Positions 40,872 to 51,759 of a stretch of 64,000 nucleotides of DNA are shown here, piece after piece (position 1 is the stretch's first letter; every line of letters starts with the position of its first letter). The notes under the pieces were generated by a model, which had not been told where the DNA came from, did not search any database, and saw only the letters and a program-made list of their open reading frames with translations. Position numbers and translations under genes: made by a program. Origin of the DNA: Alphaproteobacteria bacterium (GTDB taxonomy: Bacteria; Pseudomonadota; Alphaproteobacteria; RF32; CAG-239); the NCBI GenBank assembly GCA_017937705.1, contig JAGBDC010000016.1:27518-91517 (forward strand), given 5' to 3'.

Positions 40872-42392
40872 TTATTCAACAATCGGGAATAAAGGATCAC
40901 CGACTTTTATTGTCGAAGCTTCTTTTAGTTCAAACGGTTTAAATTCGGCCTTGAACTCATTCAATTCAACACCCAACGATGTTTCTATTTTTTCCGCAGT
41001 TGACGGAGCTAGCGGATAAAGCGCCAACCCGATTAATCTCAAACATTCCAGAGTGGTATAAACAACCGCATCAAATCTATCTTTTTGTGTCGGATCTTTC
41101 GCTAAAACCCAAGGGGTATTGGCAGCAAAATAAGCATTTGTCGCATCCCCTGCTTTCATAATACTGTCAGCAAGTTCGCTAACTGTTTCCAAACTCATTT
41201 CTTGATTATAAATACGTTCAAAACGACCGGCAATATCGGTAATGAGTTTTTTATCTTCGTCGTTTAATGCTGCTTTTGACGGAACTTTACCATCCAAGCT
41301 TTTTTGCACCATTTTCAAAACTCTCATTTGTAAGTTGCCGATATTGTTAGCCAACAATTTGTACCCTTGTTTTAACAAATCAACGCTGATTTGGCTATCG
41401 CCGGTCATAGTCATATTGTTGATGAGATAGAAGCGCAAAGCATCTACACCCAACAAATTAACAACCTCAACCGGATCAACAACGTTACCTAAAGACTTTG
41501 ACATCTTAACACCGCCTTCTCCAATCCAATAACCGTGGACAAAGCAATGTTTCACCGGATTTAAGCCTAGTGCATGCAACATAATCGGCCAATAAATACA
41601 GTGAGGTTTCAAAATATCTTTTGCAATAAGGTGATTTGAGTTTGCCCAAATATTTTCAAAATCAGGATTATGTCCGTAGTTATGAGTAGAAATGTAGTTA
41701 ACTAAGGCATCGAACCAAATATAAGTTACGTATTCTTTATCAAATGGTAGTTCAACACCAAGCCACACACGAGATTTCGGGCGAGAGATACATAAATCTT
41801 CCAAAGGCTCACGCAACATACCTAATACTTCGTTAGCAAATTTTGCAGGCTGAATCCAATCAGGATTATTTTTGATGTGCTCAATCAACCATTGACGATA
41901 TGGTTCAAGACGGAAGAAATAGTTTTCTTCACTGATTGCTTTCGGTGCAACTTTATGGTCCGGACAACAACCGTTTTCATCTAAATCGGTCTTTTTCTTG
42001 AATTGTTCGCAACCTTCACAATACAAACCCTCATAAGATTTTTTTACAATTAAACCTCTGTCATAAATATTTTGCAAAATTTCTTGCACGATTTTTTTAT
42101 GTTCCGGTTTTGAAGTGCGAACAAAATAGTCAAAATCAATACCTAAATCCACAAACAAATTTTTGAAATTATCACTTTGTTTTTGTAAAAACTCTTCAGC
42201 AGATAATCCGCTTTCTTCAATACTATGCTGATTTTTTTGACCATGTTCGTCGGTTCCGGTAGAATAAAATACATTATTGCCCCGCATTTGCTCAAACTTT
42301 TTCATGACATCGCCCAAAATAGAAGTATATGCGTGTCCGATATGAGGCAAACCGTTAAGATAATAAATCGGGGTAGTAATATATTTTTCCAT
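40872..42392 (-). CDS. metG: Methionyl-tRNA synthetase (short form)
   Basis: Start at MEKYITTPIYYLNGLPHIGHAY (HIGH motif), with KMSKS present (VKMSKSLGN). The track ORF extends upstream to 42458. Confidence 0.9.
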   Translation of the reverse strand: MEKYITTPIYYLNGLPHIGHAYTSILGDVMKKFEQMRGNNVFYSTGTDEHGQKNQHSIEESGLSAEEFLQKQSDNFKNLFVDLGIDFDYFVRTSKPEHKKIVQEILQNIYDRGLIVKKSYEGLYCEGCEQFKKKTDLDENGCCPDHKVAPKAISEENYFFRLEPYRQWLIEHIKNNPDWIQPAKFANEVLGMLREPLEDLCISRPKSRVWLGVELPFDKEYVTYIWFDALVNYISTHNYGHNPDFENIWANSNHLIAKDILKPHCIYWPIMLHALGLNPVKHCFVHGYWIGEGGVKMSKSLGNVVDPVEVVNLLGVDALRFYLINNMTMTGDSQISVDLLKQGYKLLANNIGNLQMRVLKMVQKSLDGKVPSKAALNDEDKKLITDIAGRFERIYNQEMSLETVSELADSIMKAGDATNAYFAANTPWVLAKDPTQKDRFDAVVYTTLECLRLIGLALYPLAPSTAEKIETSLGVELNEFKAEFKPFELKEASTIKVGDPLFPIVE

Positions 42393-42471
42393 TTTTAAAA
42401 CTCCTATAAAACTGTAAAACAACGGGAGATTATACCAACCCCTTGTTAAAATCAACATTTTTTAACAAAAA

Positions 42472-45400
42472 CTATCTACTTTCTCTGTCGGGACGAGATA
42501 ACGGCAATTTAATTTTGTCTGTCGGAATGTCATTTTCAACTTCGTTTATTTGCGGATTTTTAATATCATTACTTATGCAATCGAGAGCGTAGGAACGAAA
42601 TTCTTTTAACTTATCGGCACTACATCCCTTATCCGTAATCAACTCCGCATTTGTTTTGTTTTTATTCCATATTGCAATGGCATAAACTTTTTCTTCATCT
42701 TTCAAAACAATACACCTGTCGCCCTTTAACCAATCTATTTCATCTTTGCTCGAAAATAGTGAAAAAGCTCTTAAGTCTTCATCGTCACCGGCTTTAATAA
42801 CAATTCTCTCTATTGTTTCTTGATTTGCATTAGGGTTGTTTTTTATAATTCTTTGAACCTCGGCATCTGTATAACCTTCATAACCATCGGGAAGAGGATT
42901 AGTCGATGAAATTATTTGCCCCTCTAAATAGATATCATTCCCACTATTACCAACGGTTATATACTTATAATTATCTTTTGAAAACTCTTCAACCATTCCC
43001 AAAAATAAAGTTTCTACCTGTTCTTCACAATGTTCATGTGTATCGACCTCCACATTATCAAAAGTAAGGCCTTTAAAGTTACCGTTTTGGCTCGCATAAA
43101 ACCAACTGCAGGCTACAATTTTCCACGGCTCATCTTCATTTTTTCTACTCTCAAAAATTAAACATCCCGAATTAGGGTTAATAACACTGTCTACGGCACA
43201 AGGGCCACCGACATCTCCATAACTTTGGCAACAGGATGTTTTTTCTCCGACAAACAAAATTCGAACATCATCCTTTTTGGCAACCAAACATCTAAAATTT
43301 TTGTCACTGCTATAAAGAACAGGTTTATCGGCAAAACGTGAGGGAGTTATCATCCCTTTATAATAAATAACTTCTGCTTCATCGTATGTTTCTTGAGAAT
43401 CAACATAAGCAGAATTTTCAATAGCAAATTCTCTGCATGTATAATCAAAATTAATTTTTGATAAACGCTCATATACTTCGCTATATTTCATAGAGCTCAA
43501 TTCTTTATCCGTCAGATATTTCAATCGGGGGATTATTAAACTGAAATCATCTGAAAATTCCAAATCAGTACGTTCTATATCGTTCAAACTTCTTAGTCTT
43601 TTCTCTTCCAAATGAGGAGCATTAACTCGTAAAAAGGGCTGTCCGACAATATTTTTTGCCTTAATATTCTTATCTGCAAATTTTCGGATTCGTTCAAAAT
43701 CTGCTTTTGTGTTTATGGCTTTAACCATCCAACTTGTCGCTCTTTCAAAACCTATCGGTTTGAATTGTTCATCACTTATATAATTAGACGTCGCATAAAT
43801 TGTCCCTAGCAAACCATTTCTTTTGGCTGCAAGTCTGCGTCTTTCTCTTTTTATGTCAAACGACGAAGATGACAACACATTATTTTTCCATTCGTTAATA
43901 TATTTCTTAATATGAGAATCAATCTCATACAGGAACAAATTTTTCTTTAGAGCAACTCGAGCTAACAAAGCACTGTCAGGTAAATTTTCAAGACTCTTGA
44001 GAATAAAATCGGTCGCTAAGTACATAAACTCAAGTTCTTCTTTTTTATCATCATATTCATTTGACTTTTTCCAAAACTCATCTTGTCTTTTGGGAATTTG
44101 CTCATTGTAGTTTTCGATGGTTCGAAAATAATTCATATATTCTTTACCATAAATTTTGGCACACGCTATTGCAGAAGGAATAACCCATTGAGTATTGGCA
44201 TCTTCTTCTTTTTCGAAAATATATTTTTTTATATTCAAATATACACCGATGTTAAAGTCCTTACAAAAACCAGCCCCATTAGTCAGTAATGTCATTTTTT
44301 CATCAAGACTTAATTTTTGCGATGACAATATCCGATTAATATGTATTTTTTCTTCACTGGTTAATGACCGATACTCTTTTTCTATATCGGAATATTTCTT
44401 TTTCCATAATAAATGATTATCCGTCGCATATCTATATCGAGCATCCCATTTATTAAAATATTTCTTTACGGTTTCTGCCAGTTGCAATTCCACAAAAACA
44501 TTCGGCATTTTATCACCGACAGATAACAAAAAGCTTTTATACGCATCAAGCCCTATTCTGATTTCTCTATAATTCCAACGATTATTGCAATATTTTTCGT
44601 CATTCAACCAAAATTCGGGCAAAACTTTTTTATCTTTTGCTAATGCCACGCTTTTATCAGCTTGTTCCGAAAAATGAGAAGCAAACTCATTTAAAAATTT
44701 CAAAGCAGCAATTTGTCCGTCACAATCCATTTTTTGCGGAAGCATTTCAAACATCTTCAAAATACGTTCCGGCTGCACTTTAGATTTAATAGTTATTTGC
44801 TCTAAACAATTCAACATTGATGAGTATTTACATTTTTCAGGTAACACAGAAACGTATATTTTCCATATTTTAATACATTCATCTGATAATTGCGGACAGT
44901 CTTTCAAAATTGTTGCTAAAATTCTATCTATCTGATACGGAGGAATTGTCCCTGTATCATTCATTTTGCAATGATGATGAGCCAGTTTTTTAATATCTGA
45001 CACAATTTGTTTCATCATATCTTCATTATCAGGTTGTGTTGCCACATGTTCAACTATGTCTAAAACAGATTCCCAATACGTGTGAAGAAGCTGGGTTTTA
45101 GGCTCTTTAATCTTTCCAAAATTAGCAATATTTCCTTTAATACATTCAAACGCTTGTTGAAAATATCCTCTTTTTATCAATAAAGGACAAAAATTATTAG
45201 ATGTATTTTGGGCTAATAACAAAATATCCGGTATAATTTTTTCATTAGGATAATCATCCGGTAACATTTCATAAAAATCTAGAACATCACCGATAATATC
45301 GCGGTTATGAGCTACTTTTTTTATCAGTAACGGAATTTCATTGTGAAAGAGTTCAACGGCTTTATCTCTAAACTCATCATGTACAACAAAATCCATACAT

Positions 45401-46401
45401 AGTGAATTAAAATCAGGAATAACTCGTGTTTTATTTTTTTGAACCGATTGAACCAAACTAAACAAAATATTTTTATCAACTCTCGGCTCTTCTGAAAATT
45501 CTTTTGCCAACAACAGAGCATAACAACAAAACTCATCACTTATGTTTTTTTGTTTTAATTGTTTGTCAATTTTGCTTATTTCATCAATATAAATTTGAAT
45601 ACTTCGTTCATTGTGATCAGATTTGAACATATCCCCGCTGATGAAATTACCGTTTAAAGCAGCAACATTAAGAATATCCAAAGTTTTTCTTCTGATATCC
45701 GGTGTAATATTATTGGCCTTGAGAATATTTGCACATACATCAGAAATATTATCTCCGCAATCAATACTGTTTTTTATATTTTTAGCGGCAAAATCAAGAT
45801 GACTAAACAGAATATGTATATGTTCGTTATTGTTCATATCCGAAATACCGGCAAAAGCAACAATAGCATCCGTATATACTTCAGCATCTGTTTCTTCTAT
45901 AACTCTGGATGGAACAGCTCTTAACATTTTGCCGATTAGTTGTGTTTGTTCATCGATTCTGTTATCTTCATCTGCACCATCTCTGATTATATCTTTGGCA
46001 TAATCCAAAATCTCATAATATGCTTCTTTATTTCCGGTGGAGTTTGCTATTGTTTTTTCCAAAATACGTAAAGCTTCCGTAGTCTTTTTTCCCGGCCAGA
46101 CATTTCTAGAAACGCAATTTACAAATTCTCGGCTATATTCATACCCGTTTTTTTGAGAAAATTTTTCAATCAGACCTAATGTGCTATCGCTATGCAATTC
46201 GGTTAAAGTTTTATAAAAAATTTTACAGAGTTTTGAAGATGGTTTTTCAAATTTCGGAGAAGAAACAACTTTTTCCAATAAATTAATTAATTCTGTATTA
46301 CGCAAAATTACGGAAGAACATATATTACCTATAATATTTTCGCAATCTTCATTAGATTGTATCTCTGATATTTGCTGTTCAAAGCTTTTAAAAACGCTCA
46401 T
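42472..46401 (-). CDS. Very large (1309 aa) orphan hypothetical protein with no signal peptide and a Cys/His-rich C-terminal region
   Basis: The track ORF begins with TTG at 46422. A GGAGGT RBS lies 6 nt before the ATG at 46401 (MSVFKSFEQ). There is no TM helix or signal peptide. The gene is markedly AT-rich, at about 25-30% GC by eye. Confidence 0.6.
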   Translation of the reverse strand: MSVFKSFEQQISEIQSNEDCENIIGNICSSVILRNTELINLLEKVVSSPKFEKPSSKLCKIFYKTLTELHSDSTLGLIEKFSQKNGYEYSREFVNCVSRNVWPGKKTTEALRILEKTIANSTGNKEAYYEILDYAKDIIRDGADEDNRIDEQTQLIGKMLRAVPSRVIEETDAEVYTDAIVAFAGISDMNNNEHIHILFSHLDFAAKNIKNSIDCGDNISDVCANILKANNITPDIRRKTLDILNVAALNGNFISGDMFKSDHNERSIQIYIDEISKIDKQLKQKNISDEFCCYALLLAKEFSEEPRVDKNILFSLVQSVQKNKTRVIPDFNSLCMDFVVHDEFRDKAVELFHNEIPLLIKKVAHNRDIIGDVLDFYEMLPDDYPNEKIIPDILLLAQNTSNNFCPLLIKRGYFQQAFECIKGNIANFGKIKEPKTQLLHTYWESVLDIVEHVATQPDNEDMMKQIVSDIKKLAHHHCKMNDTGTIPPYQIDRILATILKDCPQLSDECIKIWKIYVSVLPEKCKYSSMLNCLEQITIKSKVQPERILKMFEMLPQKMDCDGQIAALKFLNEFASHFSEQADKSVALAKDKKVLPEFWLNDEKYCNNRWNYREIRIGLDAYKSFLLSVGDKMPNVFVELQLAETVKKYFNKWDARYRYATDNHLLWKKKYSDIEKEYRSLTSEEKIHINRILSSQKLSLDEKMTLLTNGAGFCKDFNIGVYLNIKKYIFEKEEDANTQWVIPSAIACAKIYGKEYMNYFRTIENYNEQIPKRQDEFWKKSNEYDDKKEELEFMYLATDFILKSLENLPDSALLARVALKKNLFLYEIDSHIKKYINEWKNNVLSSSSFDIKRERRRLAAKRNGLLGTIYATSNYISDEQFKPIGFERATSWMVKAINTKADFERIRKFADKNIKAKNIVGQPFLRVNAPHLEEKRLRSLNDIERTDLEFSDDFSLIIPRLKYLTDKELSSMKYSEVYERLSKINFDYTCREFAIENSAYVDSQETYDEAEVIYYKGMITPSRFADKPVLYSSDKNFRCLVAKKDDVRILFVGEKTSCCQSYGDVGGPCAVDSVINPNSGCLIFESRKNEDEPWKIVACSWFYASQNGNFKGLTFDNVEVDTHEHCEEQVETLFLGMVEEFSKDNYKYITVGNSGNDIYLEGQIISSTNPLPDGYEGYTDAEVQRIIKNNPNANQETIERIVIKAGDDEDLRAFSLFSSKDEIDWLKGDRCIVLKDEEKVYAIAIWNKNKTNAELITDKGCSADKLKEFRSYALDCISNDIKNPQINEVENDIPTDKIKLPLSRPDRESR

Positions 46402-46526
46402 ACATACCTCCGTAACGAGCAAAATGTTACCATATTATAAAAATTTTTGCAAATTATAAAAAAGTTCTTTATTTTTCAAAAAAATATGTTATATGTTGAC
46501 TATTCTTTCATATTAAGTTTTTGAAA

Positions 46527-46552
46527 GTGGGGCCGAAAGCCCCGCTTTTTTG
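46527..46552 (+). terminator. Hairpin plus U-run 20 nt upstream of the rimP start (terminator or attenuator-like)
   Basis: GUGGGGCC-gaaa-GCCCCGC followed by UUUUUUG. Confidence 0.4.
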
Positions 46553-46571
46553 TTAGAAAAAGGAAAAGTTT

Positions 46572-47075
46572 ATGCAAAAAAAACATCATTTGCACGATAT
46601 GCTTGAACCCACAATTAATAATTTAGGGTTTGATTTGGTGCGCATTATGACAATCGGAAACGTTAATCCTACTTTGCAAGTTATGATAGAGAAAAAAGAC
46701 CGCAGTAATATGGTGGTTGACGATTGTGCTACCGTAAGCAGAGCCATATCTGTCATTTTAGATGAAAAAGACCCGATTTCGGGGAGATACACGCTTGAGG
46801 TTTCTTCTCCGGGATTAGACAGACCGTTGGTTGCTCTTGAAAACTTTGTACGTTTTGAAGGTTTTGAAGCTAAAATTGAAACTGATGTGGAAATCGAAAA
46901 ACGCAAAAGATTTAAGGGACGCATCATTCGTGTCGATGGTGAAGATATCATATTTTTAATGGACGATAAGGAATGGACAATTCCTTATGATGCCGTATCA
47001 AAAGCAAAATTATTGCTTACTGACGAACTTTTAGCTATCGCAGAAGCTGAAGCAGCTGCGGAAGACGAAGAATAA
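46572..47075 (+). CDS. rimP: Ribosome maturation factor RimP
   Basis: Protein of 167 aa, DUF150/RimP, with a conserved position upstream of nusA. Confidence 0.85.
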   Translation: MQKKHHLHDMLEPTINNLGFDLVRIMTIGNVNPTLQVMIEKKDRSNMVVDDCATVSRAISVILDEKDPISGRYTLEVSSPGLDRPLVALENFVRFEGFEAKIETDVEIEKRKRFKGRIIRVDGEDIIFLMDDKEWTIPYDAVSKAKLLLTDELLAIAEAEAAAEDEE

Positions 47076-47103
47076 ATTAACCCAACTTTCAATAGAGGAA
47101 AAA

Positions 47104-48660
47104 ATGCAAAATATTGAAAATATGCCCAGACCAGAAATCATTATGGTTGTAAACTCGGTAGCTACCGAAAAAAATATTGATAAAGAAGACGTTTTTACTG
47201 CTCTAGAAGTAGCAATTCAAAAAGCCGGACGTTCTCGTTATGGTTTTGAAAACGACATCAGAGCTCATATTGATCGTAAAAACGGTGCAATTTCATTGGC
47301 TCATTATCTTTTAATTGTCGAAGAATATGACGAAGAAAATAAATGTAACCAAATTTTGCTAAAAGATGCATTGTTAGATGATGAGAATGCCAAAGTAGGT
47401 GATTATGTTATCGACCCGCTTCCTCCGATTGATTTTGGTCGTGTTGCTGCTCAAACCGCAAAACAAGTAATTGTTCAAAAAGTTCGTGAAGCTGAACGCA
47501 ACCGTCAATATGAAGAATATAAAGAAAAAATCGGCACCATTATCAACGGAACAGTTAAGAGAATTGAAGTCGGCTCAAACGGCAACTTAAGAAACGTTAT
47601 TGTTGATATGGGTAAAACCGAAGCTATCTTGCGCTATGATGAAATTATACCAAGAGAAAAATTCAAAAATGGCGACAGAATCAGAGCTTATGTTTTAGAT
47701 GTTCGCCGTGAAAACAAAGGTCCGCAAATTTTCTTATCCCGTACCTGCCCGCAATTTTTGGCTGCATTATTCACTCAAGAAGTTCCTGAAATTTATGATG
47801 GTATCGTTAAAATCATCAGTGTTTCTCGTGATCCGGGTTCAAAAGCAAAAATTTCGGTAAAAGCCAACGATTTAACCATTGATCCGGTTGGAGCTTGTGT
47901 AGGTTTAAGAGGCATCCGTGTTCAAGCCGTAGTTAACGAATTACAAGGCGAAAAAATTGATATTATACCTTATTCTGAAGACAGAGCTCAATATATCGTA
48001 AGTGCTTTAGCTCCGGCTGAAGTTACTAAGGTTGTAATTGATGAAGAAAGCAATCGTATTGAAGCTGTTGTTCCGCAAGAACAATTTTCTATCGCAATCG
48101 GTCGTCGCGGTCAAAATGTTAAGCTCGCATCTCAATTGCTCGGCTGTGATATCGATGTATTGACTGAAGAACAAGAACAAGAACGTCGTGCAAACGAAAA
48201 CAAAGTTCGCTCTCAACGTTTTATGGACGCATTAGATGTGGATGAAATGATTGCTCACTTGCTTATTGCCGAAGGCTTTACAAATGTTGATGAAGTTGCC
48301 GGTGTAGCTTTGAGTGAATTGGCTGAAATTGAAGGTTTTGATGACGATATTGCTACCGAGTTGCAACAAAGAGCAAAAGAATTCATCACCAAACGTAATG
48401 CCGAATTTGCTAAAAAGAGCAAAACTTTGGGTATTGATGAAACAATCAAAACCGTTACCGGTCTTGACCAAGATATGATAATTACTTTGGCTGAAAAAGG
48501 TGTTAAAACTCTTGATGATGTTGCCGATTTAGCCGCTGACGAATTAATCGAAATGCTCGGAGAAAATACCTTATCCGAAGATGAAGCAAATAAAGTAATT
48601 ATGGCTGCTCGTGAGCACTGGTTTGAAAATGAAGGACAAAATTTGGATGACGAAGAATAG
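47104..48660 (+). CDS. nusA: Transcription termination/antitermination factor NusA (long form with a duplicated C-terminal acidic repeat domain)
   Basis: Protein of 518 aa with S1 and KH domains and two HhH acidic repeats. Confidence 0.95.
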   Translation: MQNIENMPRPEIIMVVNSVATEKNIDKEDVFTALEVAIQKAGRSRYGFENDIRAHIDRKNGAISLAHYLLIVEEYDEENKCNQILLKDALLDDENAKVGDYVIDPLPPIDFGRVAAQTAKQVIVQKVREAERNRQYEEYKEKIGTIINGTVKRIEVGSNGNLRNVIVDMGKTEAILRYDEIIPREKFKNGDRIRAYVLDVRRENKGPQIFLSRTCPQFLAALFTQEVPEIYDGIVKIISVSRDPGSKAKISVKANDLTIDPVGACVGLRGIRVQAVVNELQGEKIDIIPYSEDRAQYIVSALAPAEVTKVVIDEESNRIEAVVPQEQFSIAIGRRGQNVKLASQLLGCDIDVLTEEQEQERRANENKVRSQRFMDALDVDEMIAHLLIAEGFTNVDEVAGVALSELAEIEGFDDDIATELQQRAKEFITKRNAEFAKKSKTLGIDETIKTVTGLDQDMIITLAEKGVKTLDDVADLAADELIEMLGENTLSEDEANKVIMAAREHWFENEGQNLDDEE

Positions 48661-49216
48661 TCCAAATCGTAAGTGCTTATTGACAGGCGAGGAAAAACCG
48701 CAGGAAGAACTTCTGCGGTTTACCCTCACTCCTGACAATCAGGTAATACCGGACTTTAAAAAGAAACTGCCCGGAAAAGGTTTTTATGTAACCTGCTCCA
48801 AACAGTCTCTTGAACAAGCGATTGCAAAAAATATTTTCAAAAAGTTAGGTAAAAACGTAAAACCGATATCTAACTTGTTGGAAATTGTAGAAAATATCTT
48901 GAAAAGCCGTGCGTTAGAGGCTATAAACTTGGCTAAAAAGGCAGGCATGTTGGTTTCCGGCTTTGATAAAGTAAAAGAAAAACTGGCAAAAGATAAAGTG
49001 GCCTACGTTATTGATGCAACAGATGCCGGTGAAGACGGCAAAGCAAAAATAAAAGCAGCCGCAAAGAATGTAGAAATTTTGACATTATTTACAGTTGAGG
49101 AGTTAGACAAGGCACTAAACAGAGTTAACACGGTCCACGCCGCTCTACTTAAAAGCGAAATGGCACAAATGGTATATAATCAATTACAAAAATGGCAAAA
49201 TTTTATTAATTCTTAA
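48647..49216 (+). CDS. YlxR (DUF448)-L7Ae-like fusion RNA-binding protein
   Basis: N-terminal RKCLLTGEEKPQEELLRF (YlxR) followed by a C-terminal L7Ae/YlxQ-like region. The start is uncertain: the track gives 48611, with alternative Met codons at 48629 and 48647. Confidence 0.7.
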   Translation: MTKNSPNRKCLLTGEEKPQEELLRFTLTPDNQVIPDFKKKLPGKGFYVTCSKQSLEQAIAKNIFKKLGKNVKPISNLLEIVENILKSRALEAINLAKKAGMLVSGFDKVKEKLAKDKVAYVIDATDAGEDGKAKIKAAAKNVEILTLFTVEELDKALNRVNTVHAALLKSEMAQMVYNQLQKWQNFINS

Positions 49217-49238
49217 AAAATAATGGAGAAAAATTTAT

Positions 49239-51746
49239 ATGACAGAAGATAGTGCAAAAACCAAATTAACCTTATCGGGCAAAAAAACCCTGACATTAAA
49301 AGGTTTGGGAGAAAAAGCATCTTCTCACGACGGTAAAAAAGTTGTGCAAGTAGAAGTTCGCAAAAAAAGAGTTATTGCGACATCCGCACCTGCCGAAAAT
49401 AAAGAAGTACAATTAGACGAAGCTACACAAGCTAAATTGCGTCTTATTGCCGAGGCAAAAGAACACGAAGCAAAGCGTCAACAACAAGAAGAAGAAAAAC
49501 AACTTGCTCGCCAAAAATTAGAAGAAGAAATTAAAGCGGAAAAACAACGCAAAGAAGCTGAAGAAGCAGAGCGTTTGGCTTTGGAAGAACAAAAAATAAA
49601 AGAAGCTAAAGAAGCAGAAGAAAAAGCAGCTAAGGAAAAAGCTGAAAAAGAAAAAGCTGCCGCACAAAAAATGGCTCAATCCTCACCAAAAGAAGAAAAA
49701 ACATTCAAAAATAACGACCGTCACTCGAAAGATTATGATGACGATGATGACGATGAAAAATTTAGCGGAAAAAAACGCAATGTTAATAGAAATGAATCTT
49801 TTGAACAGGATCGTAAAAAAGTTACGAAACGCAGTTTTGAACCGCAACGTCGTAATAACAAGGTAAGCATAAACAGTTTTGGTGGCGATGACGATGATGA
49901 CGATTACGGATTTGGAGCACCTCGCCGTCGTTTCAAAAAGAAACAACCTAAACCGATAGTTGTTGTCCAACCGCAAGAAAAAATCGTTAAAGAAGTTACA
50001 ATTCCTGAAATTATTACTGTTCAAGAATTGGCAAATCGTATGGCAGAAAAAAGTGCCGATGTAATCAAAAAATTGATGTCTTTAGGTGTTATGGCAACAA
50101 TTAACCAAGCCATTGATGCCGATACCGCTCAAATCATCGTAGAAGAAATGGGTCACAAATGGAAACGTGTAGCCGATAGCGATGTAGAAGATGTATTGAA
50201 AAATGACGAGGACAGTTTGCCGGAAAGACAATTACCGAGAGCTCCCGTTGTTACCGTTATGGGACACGTTGACCATGGTAAAACCTCACTTCTTGACGCA
50301 CTGAGAGAAACCAACGTCGTAGCTAAAGAAGCCGGTGGTATTACTCAACATATCGGTGCTTATCAAATTGAAGTAGAAAGCGGAAACAAAATTACATTTA
50401 TTGACACTCCGGGACACGAGGCATTCTCAGAGATGCGTGCTCGCGGTGCAAAAGTTACAGATATTGTGGTTTTGGTTGTTGCCGCAAATGACGGTATCAT
50501 GCCACAAACCGTAGAAGCTATTCGTCACGCACAAGCAGCCGAAGTTCCGATTGTTGTTGCAATCAATAAAATTGATTTACCGGGTGCCGATCCTATGAAA
50601 GTTAAGACAGCGTTATTGCAACATGGTATTGCCGTAGAAGAAATGGGTGGTGAATACTTATGTGCCGAAGTTTCTGCTAAAAAACGCATTAATATTAATA
50701 AGTTGGTAGAAGCTATTTTATTACAGGCAGAAATTTTAGATTTGAAAGCTAACCCGAATTGTAAAGCAAGCGGAACCGTTGTTGAAGCTAAAATGGAAAA
50801 AGGTCGCGGCTCTGTTGCTACTGTTTTAGTTCAACAAGGAACTCTCAATATCGGTGATATTATCATTGCCGGTAAAGAATGGGGACACGTTCGTGCAATG
50901 TTCAACGAACACGGACAAAAACTCCAATCTGCAGGTCCGGCAACTCCGGTAGAAATTTTAGGATTGCAAGGAACTCCTGCTGCCGGTGACAACTTTAACG
51001 TTGTTGAAAGTGAATCTCAAGCAAAAGAAATCGTGAATTATCGTATTCAAAAAGAACGTGATGCGAAATTAGTTAAGAGTGCGAAATCTGCAATGGAACA
51101 AATGCTTGATAAAATTAAATCAGGTGAAGTTAAGCACTTACCAATCGTTATTAAAGCCGATGTTCAAGGCTCTATTGAAGCTATTGAAGGAACGTTGAAC
51201 AAGCTTTCAAACAACGAAGTTAGTGTTCAAATTTTACACTCTGCTGTCGGACCTATTTCTGAGTCTGATGTAACCTTGGCAAAAGCATCTCATGCTTTCA
51301 TTATCGGTTTTAACGTTCGTGCAATTCCGCAAGCTCGTGATATGGCACGTCGTGACGGTATTGATATTCGTTACTACTCCATCATTTATGATGTAGCCGA
51401 CGATGTTAAGAAGGGACTTGAAGGTATGCTCTCTCCTGAACTCAAAGAAAAGATTTTGGGTTATGCTGAAATTCGTAACGTATTCAATATCACCGGAGTA
51501 GGAAGAGTTGCCGGATGTATGATTACCGAAGGTATGGTTAAACGTGGCGCTAAAGTTCGTTTACTCCGTGATAACGTTGTTATTCATGATGGTAGTCTTG
51601 GACAACTTAAACGATACAAAGATGACGTAAAAGAAGTTAAAGAAGGTTATGAATGCGGTATGAGTTTTGAAAACTATAACGATATTCAGGTCGGTGACTT
51701 TATCGAATGTTACGAAATCGAAGCTATTGCCGCTAAACTCGACTAA
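49239..51746 (+). CDS. infB: Translation initiation factor IF-2
   Basis: Protein of 835 aa with the GTPase motifs [13 protein letters not shown] and NKID. The N-terminal region is low-complexity, Lys/Glu-rich, with poly-Asp tracts. Confidence 0.95.
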   Translation: MTEDSAKTKLTLSGKKTLTLKGLGEKASSHDGKKVVQVEVRKKRVIATSAPAENKEVQLDEATQAKLRLIAEAKEHEAKRQQQEEEKQLARQKLEEEIKAEKQRKEAEEAERLALEEQKIKEAKEAEEKAAKEKAEKEKAAAQKMAQSSPKEEKTFKNNDRHSKDYDDDDDDEKFSGKKRNVNRNESFEQDRKKVTKRSFEPQRRNNKVSINSFGGDDDDDDYGFGAPRRRFKKKQPKPIVVVQPQEKIVKEVTIPEIITVQELANRMAEKSADVIKKLMSLGVMATINQAIDADTAQIIVEEMGHKWKRVADSDVEDVLKNDEDSLPERQLPRAPVVTVMGHVDHGKTSLLDALRETNVVAKEAGGITQHIGAYQIEVESGNKITFIDTPGHEAFSEMRARGAKVTDIVVLVVAANDGIMPQTVEAIRHAQAAEVPIVVAINKIDLPGADPMKVKTALLQHGIAVEEMGGEYLCAEVSAKKRININKLVEAILLQAEILDLKANPNCKASGTVVEAKMEKGRGSVATVLVQQGTLNIGDIIIAGKEWGHVRAMFNEHGQKLQSAGPATPVEILGLQGTPAAGDNFNVVESESQAKEIVNYRIQKERDAKLVKSAKSAMEQMLDKIKSGEVKHLPIVIKADVQGSIEAIEGTLNKLSNNEVSVQILHSAVGPISESDVTLAKASHAFIIGFNVRAIPQARDMARRDGIDIRYYSIIYDVADDVKKGLEGMLSPELKEKILGYAEIRNVFNITGVGRVAGCMITEGMVKRGAKVRLLRDNVVIHDGSLGQLKRYKDDVKEVKEGYECGMSFENYNDIQVGDFIECYEIEAIAAKLD

Positions 51747-51759
51747 TTGGAGAAAGATA

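Noticed and set aside
49683-50024. 113-aa minus-strand ORF inside infB
   Set aside because: It is antisense to infB and low-complexity (Phe/Ile/Val runs from the GAA/AAA-rich sense strand).
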